DNA of 64,000 bases from an uncultured Actinomycetes bacterium (GTDB lineage Bacteria > Actinomycetota > Acidimicrobiia > IMCC26256 > JBBRZM01), in assembly GCA_963813635.1 (NCBI GenBank), contig CAWEZO010000011.1, positions 618,220 to 682,219 of the forward strand, in the 5' to 3' direction. Shown one piece after another: positions 1-10,173 of the stretch. The translations under genes and the position numbers were made by a program. Each line of letters begins with the position of its first letter. Position 1 is the stretch's first letter. The notes under the pieces are model-generated. The model was given only the letters and a program-made list of their open reading frames with translations, was not told the DNA's origin and did no database searches.

Positions 1-31
1 CCGCGTCTGAACGGTCCAATCGGGAGAATCT

Positions 32-271
32 GTGGAACGCCCGACCAAATTCGAGGACCACCACTACCTGGGCGACAAGCGCACCCAGGTCGTCTACGAC
101 TTCGACGTCATCCAGGGCGACGAGCTCGAGGCCGTCATCGCCGAGCTGATCGCATCCGAGCAGTTCGCCACGTTCGGTCCCGACACCCTCGCCGAGGCCC
201 AGAACCGGGGGTACCACCCCCACTGGTCGATCCGCGAGTCGGCCCGGGCCCGGGCCGCCGACTCCGACTGA
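32..271 (+). CDS. Small hypothetical protein (79 aa)
   Basis: Clean ORF with G/C-rich third codon positions and globular-looking composition; converges on the DUF1802 gene. Confidence 0.75.
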   Translation: MERPTKFEDHHYLGDKRTQVVYDFDVIQGDELEAVIAELIASEQFATFGPDTLAEAQNRGYHPHWSIRESARARAADSD

Positions 272-290
272 GGCTGGCGCGTCGCGCCTC

Positions 291-908
291 CTAGGCCGCC
301 GGTGCGCGGAGCTCGACCGGAAGGTCGTTCACGACGCCTTGCAGCTTCGCGTCGAACGCCACATCGGAGAGGGCCGGCCGGCTGGGCAGTGCCGTCGGGT
401 CGTCGGGTAGCCCATCGAGCTCCACCCACGACGTGCAGCCGCCGTACTCGTCACGCCACGGAACGACGATCGGCTCGCACAGCTGGTGCACGCGGAGCGC
501 CAGCACCCACAGCGGGTCGCGGCGCTTCCAGTTGAGCCGGCTCGCTGCGTACTCGGAGGCCCAGATGAGCTTCGAGTCGAGCGCGGCGAGGTGCTCCGGC
601 TCGGTCAGAGTGGCGACGCCCACGATGTCGGCCCAACCGGGGATGCGAATCGCACGGTCGGGTGGCGCGGCAGCGACTTCCAGATCGACCCAGTGCCGGT
701 ACGGCGCCTTGAGCAGCTCGGGCCGCTGGTGCTCGGCCGTGGGGTAGAGCCAGAGGCGCGTCGCGTGCAGACCGAAGTGCCGGCCGTCTTCGCGGTATCC
801 ACCCTTGCGCACGTCGAGGATCTGTTCGCCCTCGAGCAACGCGCGCACGATGACGCCCCATTCCTTGAACGCCGGTGTCGACACCCTGGTGCTTGTCGGG
901 AGGGTCAT
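291..908 (-). CDS. DUF1802 family protein
   Basis: AFKEWGVIVRALLEGEQILDVRKGG and YGGCTSWV motifs; ATG at 908 preceded by TATCGT; the longer ORF extension is antisense to the hydrolase. Confidence 0.85.
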   Translation of the reverse strand: MTLPTSTRVSTPAFKEWGVIVRALLEGEQILDVRKGGYREDGRHFGLHATRLWLYPTAEHQRPELLKAPYRHWVDLEVAAAPPDRAIRIPGWADIVGVATLTEPEHLAALDSKLIWASEYAASRLNWKRRDPLWVLALRVHQLCEPIVVPWRDEYGGCTSWVELDGLPDDPTALPSRPALSDVAFDAKLQGVVNDLPVELRAPAA

Positions 909-929
909 CGGTACCACGATAATGGAGAC

Positions 930-1677
930 GTGGTCGACACCATCATGTCGGGTGATCTCAAGCTGGCGGCCCATTTCGCGCGACCGCCGGGCTCGGTACC
1001 AGTCCCCGGCGTCGTGCTCTGCCACGGTTTCCCGATCGGTCCGCGGCGGCGCGGCCACCTCGGCAGCGACGTACTTCGAGCTCGTCGACCGGATAACGCG
1101 CGACACCGGCTGGGCGGCAATGGCGTTCCACTTTCGCGGGTGCGGGACGTCTGAAGGCGACTTTTCGGTCGACGGATGGCTGGCTGATATCGGCGCGGCC
1201 GTCGGCGCACTCGACGATCGCCACGACGTGCGCGGCATCTGGCTCGTCGGCGTCACTGAAGGGGGCATGTTCTCAGTCTGCGCGGCTGCAGATGATGCGC
1301 GCGTGCGTGGTGTTGCGACGCTCGGCGCGCCGATCACGTTCGGTGACTCGGCCCGCGAACCGGGACGGCTCCTGCAATACGCGCGCGACGCGGGGATGAT
1401 CACCACGCCGGATTTTCCGAGCGACGTCGCGGCGTGGAATCGCGCCGTGACGCAACTCGACGCGGTGAAGGCGGCGCATCGTCTTCCGCCGCGGCCACTC
1501 CTGGTGCTGCACGGCTCCGACGACCAGGAGGTTCTTGTCGACGAGGCTCGCGCGCTCGCCGACGCGGCGCGACCGTTTTCGGAGCTGTGCGTCGTGCACG
1601 CAGGCGGGCATCGCCTCCGCCACGACCCGCGCGCCATTGCGGCCCTCCTCGGCTGGCTCGACCGTCAGGCCCGCTGA
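930..1677 (+). CDS. Alpha/beta-fold hydrolase (frameshift near 1045)
   Basis: GVVLCHGFP in one frame continues as FHFRGCGTSEGDFS, LLVLHGSDD and GHRLRHD in the next; nucleophile elbow reads GVTEGG (no Ser). Confidence 0.8.
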
Positions 1678-1703
1678 TTGATTTGACGGGCTAGCGTTCC
1701 ACC

Positions 1704-2768
1704 GTGCGAGCTTTGGTGCTGGCAGGTGGTTCCGGCACCCGCCTCCGTCCGATCACCTACACCAGCGCGAAGCAGCTCGTGCCGCTCGCCAACAAACCGA
1801 TCCTCTTCTTCGGGCTCGAAGCGATCGCCGCGGCCGGTATCCACGAGGTCGGGATCGTGGTCGGCGACACCGAACCCGACATCCGCGCTGCCGTCGGTGA
1901 CGGTTCACAGTTCGGCCTGTCCGTCACCTATCTGCGCCAAGACGCGCCGCTCGGACTTGCGCACGCGGTCTCGATCGCGCGCGACTTTCTCGGCGACGAG
2001 CCGTTCGTGATGTACCTCGGCGACAACCTCGTGGTCGGCGGCATCGAAAGCTTTGTCAGCGAGTTCGCGCAACAACATCCGTGCGCGATGGTGCTGCTCC
2101 ATAAGGTCGACCATCCGGAGCAGTTCGGCGTGGCCGAGCTGGGCCCCGACGGCCACCTCGTCCGCCTGGTCGAGAAGCCGGTGTCGCCGGCGAGCGACCT
2201 CGCGCTCGTCGGCATCTACCTGTTTGACGCGCGGATCCATCAAGCGGTGCGCGCGATCCAACCGTCGGCGCGCGGGGAGCTCGAGATCACCGACGCGATC
2301 CAGTGGCTGCTCGATCGGGGTCACGCCGTGCGCCCGCACATTCTCGAGGCGCCGTGGATCGACACCGGCAAGCTCACCGATCTGCTCGACGCGAATCAGA
2401 TCGTGCTCGAGGGGCTGACCACCAGCATCGAAGGTGTCGTCGACGATGCGTCGAGCCTCGACGGCACCGTCATCGTGGGTCCCGGCGCGCAGGTCATCGC
2501 GAGCGAGCTCCGCGGCCCGCTCGTGATCGGCGCGTCGACGAAGGTGGTGCGCTCGGTCATCGGCCCGTCGGTCTCGCTCGGGCCGGACTGCGAGGTCATC
2601 GATTCCACGATCGAGCACGCGGTTCTGCTCGAGGGCGCACGAATCAGCCAGGTCGATCGCATCGTCGACAGCTTGATCGGGCGGAGCGCACAGGTTGCCG
2701 GCTCGCCGAGCGCGACCAGCACCTACCGGTTGCACATCGGGGATCACTCCGAGGTCTCCCTCGGCTGA
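1704..2768 (+). CDS. rfbA: Glucose-1-phosphate thymidylyltransferase, long form with C-terminal hexapeptide region
   Basis: LAGGSGTRLRPIT, KQLVPLANKP, LVEKP, SARGELEITDA, WIDTG. Confidence 0.9.
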   Translation: MRALVLAGGSGTRLRPITYTSAKQLVPLANKPILFFGLEAIAAAGIHEVGIVVGDTEPDIRAAVGDGSQFGLSVTYLRQDAPLGLAHAVSIARDFLGDEPFVMYLGDNLVVGGIESFVSEFAQQHPCAMVLLHKVDHPEQFGVAELGPDGHLVRLVEKPVSPASDLALVGIYLFDARIHQAVRAIQPSARGELEITDAIQWLLDRGHAVRPHILEAPWIDTGKLTDLLDANQIVLEGLTTSIEGVVDDASSLDGTVIVGPGAQVIASELRGPLVIGASTKVVRSVIGPSVSLGPDCEVIDSTIEHAVLLEGARISQVDRIVDSLIGRSAQVAGSPSATSTYRLHIGDHSEVSLG

Positions 2769-2774
2769 CGTGCG

Positions 2775-4104
2775 TCACGTCGCCCAGGCGTGACCCACGA
2801 AGAAATTGGCGAAGAGGAAGACCTGGAACATCAGAGAGGCGAGCACAAGGCTCACTTGCAGCACCGGCCGGCGGATCGTCGCGATCACGAACAGCGCGAA
2901 CAGCGGGAAGACCACGCCCATGTACCGGCCCACGCCACCCACGTTGTCGCGCGACACGATCACGAGCATGTTGAGGCCGATGAAGACCCAGTACTCGATC
3001 GGGAAGGGCAGCTCCCGGCGCTTGGCGATCGCATAGCCGCACAGGCCGATGATCGCGGCCCCCAAACCGATCGACAGCGCGAGAAACTCCCACCCGGTGT
3101 TCGATGTCAGCACCGGGTCGTGCAGCCAGTCCCACACCGACTGGAACGGGAGTTGCGTGTGCTGGCCCCATCCCTCTCGCTGGATGTCGAAGTACGCGAG
3201 CGCGTTGCCCGTGAGCGACCGCATGTACAGCAGGTACGCGCCGAACGCGGCCGGTACGAGAAGCAGCGCCGCGTAGCCGTTCAATGCGTGGCGGCTGAGC
3301 AGCGTGGCCCGCGCCCAGAGCCGGCCGCGCCGCGCCTGCAACTGCTTCAGGAGGATGATGCCGAGAACCGGCAGCAGCAGCATGCCGAAGGGCCGCGTGA
3401 TCGCGGCCAGGCCACCGACGGCGCCCGCGATCCACCATCGCTCCCGCCGCGCGGCATAGACGGCCCCGACGAGCAGGAGCAGAAAGAGCGACTCGTTGCC
3501 CGGCCACATGAACGCGTAGGCATCGAGCCAGGCCAGGAGTGCGACGATCGCGCCGAACGCGATACCCGGCGACCAGTCGAGCCGTAACAGTCGATACAGC
3601 AGTGGGATCGCCGCCAACGAGCAGATGCTCGCGAGCAGCAGGGCCGCCAGGAGGCTCTTGCCGCCGACGAGGAACGAGCCGGCTGCGATCAGCATTGGCC
3701 AGCCCGGAAAGAAGCCCCAATTGGCCTGCGGATGGTCGGTGTACTGGCGATCCTCGTAGCCGTTGTCGGCGATGTCGAGGTACCAGCCCGGATCCGCGAA
3801 ACGGAACTTGCCAGTACGCGTCGCGGATGCCGGCCCTCGTGACGCTCACGTTCCTCGACTGACCGTCGGGTGCGTTCGGAGCCAGCTGGACCTCGGTGTA
3901 ACCGAACCCGAACATCAACGCGCGCAGCACGATCGCGAAGCCGATCAGGCTGAGAACGAGCTTGCGTTCCGAACGCCCGCCGATGGCCCGGTCGATCCAG
4001 GTGTCGGTGAGCTGGTCGGCGTGCGTCTCCGGCGTCGCGCTCGGTCCCGCGTCGGCGGGCTCGGCGGCGTCGAGGGGATCCAGCTGGATCGTGCCGTCGC
4101 TCAT
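2775..4104 (-). CDS. GT-C fold membrane glycosyltransferase, PIG-V/mannosyltransferase-like (frameshift near 3810)
   Basis: Reconstructed FADPGWYLDIADNGY...NWGFFPGWP loop, NESLFL and TRPFG motifs, many hydrophobic helices; ATGA overlap with the upstream gene. Confidence 0.75.
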
Positions 4105-4733
4105 GCGGTGTCGACGCGGCACGCCGCGAAGGTGTTGAGCCCGAACTTGTGGCGGAAGCAGCGGATGTTGCGGGGCCGGAAGCCGGCGTCGACCAGCAAC
4201 GGCCACAGGTCACGCGGGTCGTAATAGCGCTTGTGGTCGTCGATGCTGTCGGCGGGGCTCAGGCCGAGCCGAAACGCCGAGAGCTCCAGCAGACGCTTGC
4301 CGAGCCAGTTGGGCACGTTGATCAGACAGGTGCCGCCGGGCGCGAGCAGCCGGTGGAACTCGCGGATCGTGTCGAGCGGTCGTCGTAGGTGCTCGAGCAC
4401 CGAGGTGCACATGACGATGTCGAGCGAGCCGCTCTCGACATCGACCAGGCTCTCGGGCAAGGGGCCTTCGATCGCGCGGACCTTGGGATGCGCCTTGAGG
4501 TCGTCGGCGATCGACACGTCGATGAGCAGCGCGCTGTCAATCTCGTCGAGCACCGTGCGGACGAACGCCGCGTCGTAGCCGCATCCGAAATCCCCGATGC
4601 GCGCGCCGGTGAACGTGGGTACTTCTCGTCGCAGCCGCTGGGCCGACAGCCAGACACCGAACCGGTCGACGGGGGTGAGACGGTACTGCTCACCGAACGA
4701 CGCCGGCGGTGCGTCCGCCCGTGCGGCGTTCAT
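4101..4733 (-). CDS. Class I SAM-dependent methyltransferase
   Basis: DFGCGYDA motif I, SVLEHL, LAPGG; ATGA overlaps at both ends. Confidence 0.85.
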   Translation of the reverse strand: MNAARADAPPASFGEQYRLTPVDRFGVWLSAQRLRREVPTFTGARIGDFGCGYDAAFVRTVLDEIDSALLIDVSIADDLKAHPKVRAIEGPLPESLVDVESGSLDIVMCTSVLEHLRRPLDTIREFHRLLAPGGTCLINVPNWLGKRLLELSAFRLGLSPADSIDDHKRYYDPRDLWPLLVDAGFRPRNIRCFRHKFGLNTFAACRVDTA

Positions 4734-5389
4734 GCCGCCCGGACGCGCAAGAGCAGGTGGTACTCGTTGCGCGCGACGAGCCGCCAGGGCAGGTCGTGCA
4801 CCTGGAACGGCCACACCATCGTCTCGATGTGCCCACCCGCGCCGGCGACCAGGTTGGTCCACTCCGCCGGGGAGAGGTACCGGCCCGCTGTGCGCACGTG
4901 CACACCGAAGTTGGAAGCGGTGTCCATCGCGAGCAACACCCATTTGCTCCAGGTGCCGAGCCGCAGGTGGTCCTTCACGACGATGCAGCCGCCCGGTTTC
5001 AGGACGCGCAGCGACTCGCGTACGACAGCCAGGGGATCGTCGGCGTGATGCAACACGTCGATGATGGTGACGAGATCGAACTCGCGATCGGGGAATGGCA
5101 GGTGCGACCCGTCGTACACGCTGACCGGGATCAGCGCGTCGGGCTGGAGCTGCACATCGGCGCCGCGCACGTCGGTCGCGCCGAGCGCAGCTGCGATCCG
5201 CACGGCCAGGCGGCCGCCGGAGCAGCCGACGTCGAGGATCGAGTCGGCGTGCGGCACCAGATCGCGGATACCCGCAACGACACGATCGTCGCGGGTGTCC
5301 ATCGCGGCGCGGTGCAAGAACGATGCCAGCGCCTCACGTGCACCGGGGCGCGGCGCCGAGGGCGGCGCATCGGGGAGCGTGGCTGTCAT
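4730..5389 (-). CDS. Class I SAM-dependent methyltransferase (Methyltransf_11-like)
   Basis: ILDVGCSGG, LPFPDREFD, DVLHH, RVLKPGG. Confidence 0.85.
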   Translation of the reverse strand: MTATLPDAPPSAPRPGAREALASFLHRAAMDTRDDRVVAGIRDLVPHADSILDVGCSGGRLAVRIAAALGATDVRGADVQLQPDALIPVSVYDGSHLPFPDREFDLVTIIDVLHHADDPLAVVRESLRVLKPGGCIVVKDHLRLGTWSKWVLLAMDTASNFGVHVRTAGRYLSPAEWTNLVAGAGGHIETMVWPFQVHDLPWRLVARNEYHLLLRVRAA

Positions 5390-5509
5390 CAGAACCTCGT
5401 GGCGCAGCGGCAGGACGGGTCGATTTCGGTGTCGCGACGGTGCGCTCAGGCTATCTTCCGAGCAGGGTTCGAGTCTGATCACCGGCCACTCGACGGTTCG
5501 AGGCATCGC

Positions 5510-6490
5510 ATGATCATCACCCGCACGCCATTGCGCATCTCGTTCGGCGGCGGAGGCACCGACCTGCCTTCGTACTACGAGCGCCACGGCGGCTTCCTCG
5601 TGGCCGCCGCGATCACGAAGTACATCTACATCGGCATCAACCGCACCTTCACCGACGACTTCTTCATCAAGTACTCCGCGCTCGAGCGGGCGCAGTCGAT
5701 CGACGAGGTGGAGCACCCGATCGTGCGCTGCGCGCTCGAGATGCACGGCGTCAAGCCTGGGATCGAGATCGTCAGCCTGGCCGACATCCCATCGGGCACG
5801 GGCCTCGGCTCGTCGGGCGCGTTCAGCGTCGGGCTGCTGCGGGCCATCTACGCGGAGAAACGCGAGCAGGTCACCGCCGCCGCGCTCGCCGAGGAGGCGT
5901 GCCACATCGAGATCGACATGCTCGAGCGCCCGGTTGGGAAGCAAGACCAGTTCATCGCCGCGTTCGGCGGGCTCGCGTGCTTCGAGTTCGCGCCCGACGG
6001 CTCGGTGGCCATCTCGCCGCTCACGATCAGCGACAGGACGCTCCACGATCTCGAAGATCATCTGCTGATGTTCTTCACCGGGTACTCACGCGAGGCCGAC
6101 CGCGTGCTTCGTGATCAGAAGCAACGGTCGGACCAGGGCGACGACGCCATGATCGACAATCTCCACGACATCAAGCGGATCGGCTTCGACACGCGCGACG
6201 CGCTGCTCGCGGGCGACACCGCCCGGTTTGCCGAGCTCATGCACGAGCACTGGGAGCTGAAACGCAAACGCACCGAGGGCATCAGCAATCCCGCGATCGA
6301 CGACTGGTATGAGCTCGCGCGTGCGAACGGCGCGATTGGCGGCAAGCTCGTGGGCGCGGGTGCGGGAGGGTTCCTGCTGCTCTACGCCGAGGACGCTCCG
6401 CTGCTGCGCAAGGCGCTGGCCGATTCGGGCTTGCGCGAAGTCCGCTTTTCGTTCGCCCACGACGGTTCGTCCGTGATCTTGCGGGACTAG
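5510..6490 (+). CDS. hddA: GHMP kinase, D-glycero-alpha-D-manno-heptose-7-phosphate kinase-like
   Basis: TPLRISFGGGGTD, PSGTGLGSSG, GKQDQ, GKLVGAGAGG; clustered with gmhA/gmhB. Confidence 0.85.
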   Translation: MIITRTPLRISFGGGGTDLPSYYERHGGFLVAAAITKYIYIGINRTFTDDFFIKYSALERAQSIDEVEHPIVRCALEMHGVKPGIEIVSLADIPSGTGLGSSGAFSVGLLRAIYAEKREQVTAAALAEEACHIEIDMLERPVGKQDQFIAAFGGLACFEFAPDGSVAISPLTISDRTLHDLEDHLLMFFTGYSREADRVLRDQKQRSDQGDDAMIDNLHDIKRIGFDTRDALLAGDTARFAELMHEHWELKRKRTEGISNPAIDDWYELARANGAIGGKLVGAGAGGFLLLYAEDAPLLRKALADSGLREVRFSFAHDGSSVILRD

Positions 6491-6503
6491 GCGAACACCG
6501 GCG

Positions 6504-7216
6504 ATGCAGTGCGTGATTCTCGCGGGTGGCCTCGGCACGCGCATGCGACCGCTGACCGACGAGGCACCCAAGGCGCTGCTGCCGGTCGCGGGTGCGCCGT
6601 TCGTGGAGCACCAGCTCGCGCTGGTCGCGCACCAGGGTTTTGACCGTGTCGTGTTCTGCATCGGCCATCACGGCGCAATGCTGCGCGACGTCGTCGGTGA
6701 CGGCGCTCGCTTCCGCCTCGACGTCTCGTACGCCGACGAAGGCGAGCACCTGCGCGGCACTGCCGGGGCGTTGCGGGTCGCATTCGACGCAGCACTGCTC
6801 GACGAGCAGTTTGCCGTGCTCTACGGCGACTCGTACCTGCCGATCGATGTGCGGCCCGTATGGACCGCGTTTCAGGAGTGCGGCGCACCCGCGCTCATGA
6901 CGGTCCTTCGCAACGACGACCGATGGGACGCAAGCAACGCGGCCTACGCCGAAGGGCATGTGACGCGCTACGACAAGCACGCTCCTGATCCCACAATGCG
7001 TTACGTCGACTATGGCCTGTCGGTGCTGGCACGCGACGTTGTCCCCGCGCGCGCGTCCCGCCCGGCACAGTGGTCGACCTCGCCGACGTGTTCCACGCGT
7101 TGAGCCTCGAAGGCAATCTCGCGGGCTACGAGGTGAGTCAGCGCTTCTACGAGGCCGGATCGCCTACCGGTTTGGCCGACCTGGAGGCGTTCCTTGCCGG
7201 GCGCGAGAAGGTCTGA
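6504..7216 (+). CDS. hddC: Sugar-1-phosphate nucleotidyltransferase, HddC-like (frameshift near 7055)
   Basis: ILAGGLGTRM, PKALLPV, GTAGAL, YGDSYL; C-terminus (RFYEAGS) in shifted frame ending TGA at 7216. Confidence 0.75.
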
Positions 7217-7240
7217 GGGGTCTCGATCAGGCCGGGTCGG

Positions 7241-8083
7241 TCAGAACCCGCAGCCGCTTCCACCCATCGAGAGCACCAGACCCCAGGTACCGTTGTTCGA
7301 GGCGGTGGCGCACGCTCCGAGCAGGCGATCGACGTAGCCGATGTTCGCGGTAGCTGCTGGCTGACCGAAATCGATCGTGCTCTTCGGCACGAGGGCGCCG
7401 GCCCCCACTGGTGCGCCGAAGGACTCGATGAAGTTGTACACGCGATTGAGGCTCGCGGGCGTGCCCGGCGCGGGGTGGATGAGCGCGATCGTGATCGGTC
7501 CGCCGGTCGCGGGGACCACTTCGCCGCGGATGAAGCCGTCCGCCCGGGGCGTGACGCGGTACGTGTACACGTTGCCCACCCCGATCGGTGCCGGGAGCGG
7601 GACGTGGCAACTGACGCCGGGGCTGCCATCGAAGCCGCCGGTGCAGTTCGGGTTCGGTAGCCCGTTCACCGGCGCGACCTTGACGCCGTCGCCCGCGATG
7701 CTGAACACCGCCGTCGATCCGGTGATCCCGCTGACCGAGTTCCCGTTCGTCAGCACCCCGAGGTAGCCCTCGTTCCATGCGATCGGGAAGTAGGTCGCCG
7801 GTCCGATGGCGTTGACCTTGACCGTCTGGTTGATCGAGGACACCGATGTGTTCCAGAAGATGTGGGCCGATTGACACGAATTCACGACCGGATTGCACCA
7901 GGTTGCGACCTGGACAGGGATGGCCGTGCCCGCGGCCGGGGCCGTGGGGACGGAAGTTGTGCCCGGGTCGGGGGTACAGGCCGAGAAGGTTGCCGAGGCA
8001 ACGATGACGGCGCTCAGAAGGCTGACGATTGCCCGCCGGCGGGGGTGTGTGGACTTGGGACGGTCTCGTACGGCAATGCTCAT
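7241..8083 (-). CDS. Secreted/lipoprotein hypothetical with DUF3472-like beta-rich domain
   Basis: Basic N-terminus, hydrophobic stretch, FSAC lipobox-like site, P/T linker, GYLGV..AVFSI..C.GGFDG.PGVSC pattern, several Cys. Confidence 0.6.
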   Translation of the reverse strand: MSIAVRDRPKSTHPRRRAIVSLLSAVIVASATFSACTPDPGTTSVPTAPAAGTAIPVQVATWCNPVVNSCQSAHIFWNTSVSSINQTVKVNAIGPATYFPIAWNEGYLGVLTNGNSVSGITGSTAVFSIAGDGVKVAPVNGLPNPNCTGGFDGSPGVSCHVPLPAPIGVGNVYTYRVTPRADGFIRGEVVPATGGPITIALIHPAPGTPASLNRVYNFIESFGAPVGAGALVPKSTIDFGQPAATANIGYVDRLLGACATASNNGTWGLVLSMGGSGCGF

Positions 8084-8255
8084 ACACGCATTATAAGGTA
8101 TAAATGGTACTGTCCGTGCAGAACGCCGCAGCGGGCGCCGGGCTTGCGGACGCTCTCGCAATCTCCGCACGCAACGTCCCGGTCGTGTGTGTTGCGGGGG
8201 CGTTGATTAGCCTTGCGTTCGGTTTCAGGTCTTCCGGGCAAGACCCCCGGCCTGT

Positions 8256-9566
8256 ATGGCCGTGCCGAACGACAACGCGAGATTCGGAGTGCCGGTGGTA
8301 CGCGCAACGGAGGAGCCGCTCGAGGTTGTCGCGCCGCGTCCGGTTGTGGCCGCAAACGGCGTCCATGACGTCGAGCTGCTCGTTCCGGCCGACGACGTCT
8401 CGCAACCGGAGCTCTCGATCGTGGTGCCCGCGCTCGATGAGGAGCTGACGATCGGCGACTTCGTCGACTGGTGCCGGGAGGGCCTCGACCGCGCCGGCAT
8501 CCGGGGTGAGATCCTGATCATCGACAGCTCCACCGACCGCACGGCCGAGATCGCGGTGTCGAAGGGCGCGCGGGTGCTGAAGACACCGAAGCGGGGGTTG
8601 GGTCGCGCGTACATCGACGCGTTGCCGTTCATCCGAGGTGAGTACGTGGTGATGGGCGACGCCGATTGCACCTACGACTTCCGGGAGCTCGCGGGGTTCG
8701 TCGAGCAGTTCCAAGCCGGCTTCGAGTTCGTGATGGGCACGCGCTTCAAGGGCTACATCGAGCCCGGTTCGATGCCGGGTCTGCACCGCTACCTGGGTAC
8801 GCCGGTCACCACGTGGATCCTCAACCGTCTCTACTCGAGCAAGTTCTCCGACATCCATTGCGGAATGCGGGGCATCACACGCGACGCGCTCGAGCGCATG
8901 CAACTGCGTTCGCAGTCGTGGGAGTACGCGTCGGAGATGGTGCTGAAGTCGGTGCACATGAAGTTGCGTACCGCCGAGGTGCCGGTGCGCTTCCTCAAGG
9001 ACCGCGAGGGTCGTGTCAGCCACCATCGCCGTCTCGGCTGGTTCTCTCCGTGGCAGGCCGCGTGGATCAACTTGCGTGCGATGTTCGTGTACGGCGCCGA
9101 CTTCTTCGTGTTCAAGCCGGGCGTGGTGCTGCTCCTGGCCGGGTTGCTGCTCACGGTGCCGCTCACGGTGGGGGCGATCACGCTCGGGCCGATCACGTTC
9201 TCCTTGCACTGGAGCCTCGCGGGCGTCGCGCTCGCGGTGCTCGGGCTCCAGAGCGTGTACCTCGGAATCCTCGCCCAGTGCATCTACGACCCCACTGGCG
9301 AGGTGCGGGCCAAATGGATGCACCGGTTCCGGTACAACCGCGCTGTGCTCGCGAGCGTGCTGCTGCTCGTGGCCGGCATCGTGTTGCTGAGCTTCCTCGT
9401 CTACACGTATCTCCGATCCGGCCTGTCGCTGCCGCCCGACGCGATCGAAAACGAGAGTTACCGCGCCGTCACCGGAGTGCTGCTCATGGTCCTCGGATTC
9501 ATGACGTTCACCTTCACGCTCTTGCTGTACGCGCTCTCGGCACGCCTTGATCGGAGCGCGCCGTGA
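8256..9566 (+). CDS. GT2 glycosyltransferase, polyprenol-phosphate glycosyltransferase-like with C-terminal TM helices
   Basis: SIVVPALDEE, DSSTD, MGDADCTYD, GTRF, DIHCGMR; about four C-terminal TM segments. Confidence 0.85.
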   Translation: MAVPNDNARFGVPVVRATEEPLEVVAPRPVVAANGVHDVELLVPADDVSQPELSIVVPALDEELTIGDFVDWCREGLDRAGIRGEILIIDSSTDRTAEIAVSKGARVLKTPKRGLGRAYIDALPFIRGEYVVMGDADCTYDFRELAGFVEQFQAGFEFVMGTRFKGYIEPGSMPGLHRYLGTPVTTWILNRLYSSKFSDIHCGMRGITRDALERMQLRSQSWEYASEMVLKSVHMKLRTAEVPVRFLKDREGRVSHHRRLGWFSPWQAAWINLRAMFVYGADFFVFKPGVVLLLAGLLLTVPLTVGAITLGPITFSLHWSLAGVALAVLGLQSVYLGILAQCIYDPTGEVRAKWMHRFRYNRAVLASVLLLVAGIVLLSFLVYTYLRSGLSLPPDAIENESYRAVTGVLLMVLGFMTFTFTLLLYALSARLDRSAP

Positions 9567-10171
9567 CCGGCGCCAACGGGTTCGTCGACGCGTATCTCGC
9601 CGAGACGGTCGAGATTCTCGGCCGGATCGATCGTGACGCGCTCGACGCGATGGCGGTCGGGCTCGCCGAGACGCGCGACGCCGGCGGTCGCCTGTTCATT
9701 CTCGGCGTCGGTGGCTCGGCCGGTCATGCCAGCCACGCCGTCAACGATTTCCGCAAGATCTCCGGCTTCGAGGCCTACACCCCGACCGACAACGTCTCGG
9801 AGCTGACCGCGCGCATCAACGACGACGGTTGGGACGACGCGTTCGCGGGCTGGCTCGAAGTCTCACGCCTGGGGCCCGACGACGCAGTGCTGGTGTTCTC
9901 GGTCGGTGGCGGCAACCGCGACAAGAACGTGTCGGTGAATCTTGTTCACGCGCTCGAAATGGCCAGCGACGTCGGTGCGAGCATCTACGGGATCGTGGGA
10001 CGCGACGGCGGGTACACCGCCGAGGTTGCGGACGCGTGCGTTGTCATCCCTCCGCTGTATCCCGAGCGCATCACGCCGCATACCGAGGGTCTTGCAGCGG
10101 TGGTCTGGCACCTGCTGGTCACGCACCCGAAGGTCGCGCGGCACGGCACCAAATGGGAGTCGGTCCGCTAG
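9563..10171 (+). CDS. gmhA: SIS-domain phosphoheptose isomerase-like protein
   Basis: GVGGSAGHASHAVNDF, TARIND, FSVGGG, PHTE. Confidence 0.8.
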   Translation: MTGANGFVDAYLAETVEILGRIDRDALDAMAVGLAETRDAGGRLFILGVGGSAGHASHAVNDFRKISGFEAYTPTDNVSELTARINDDGWDDAFAGWLEVSRLGPDDAVLVFSVGGGNRDKNVSVNLVHALEMASDVGASIYGIVGRDGGYTAEVADACVVIPPLYPERITPHTEGLAAVVWHLLVTHPKVARHGTKWESVR

Positions 10172-10173
10172 CG

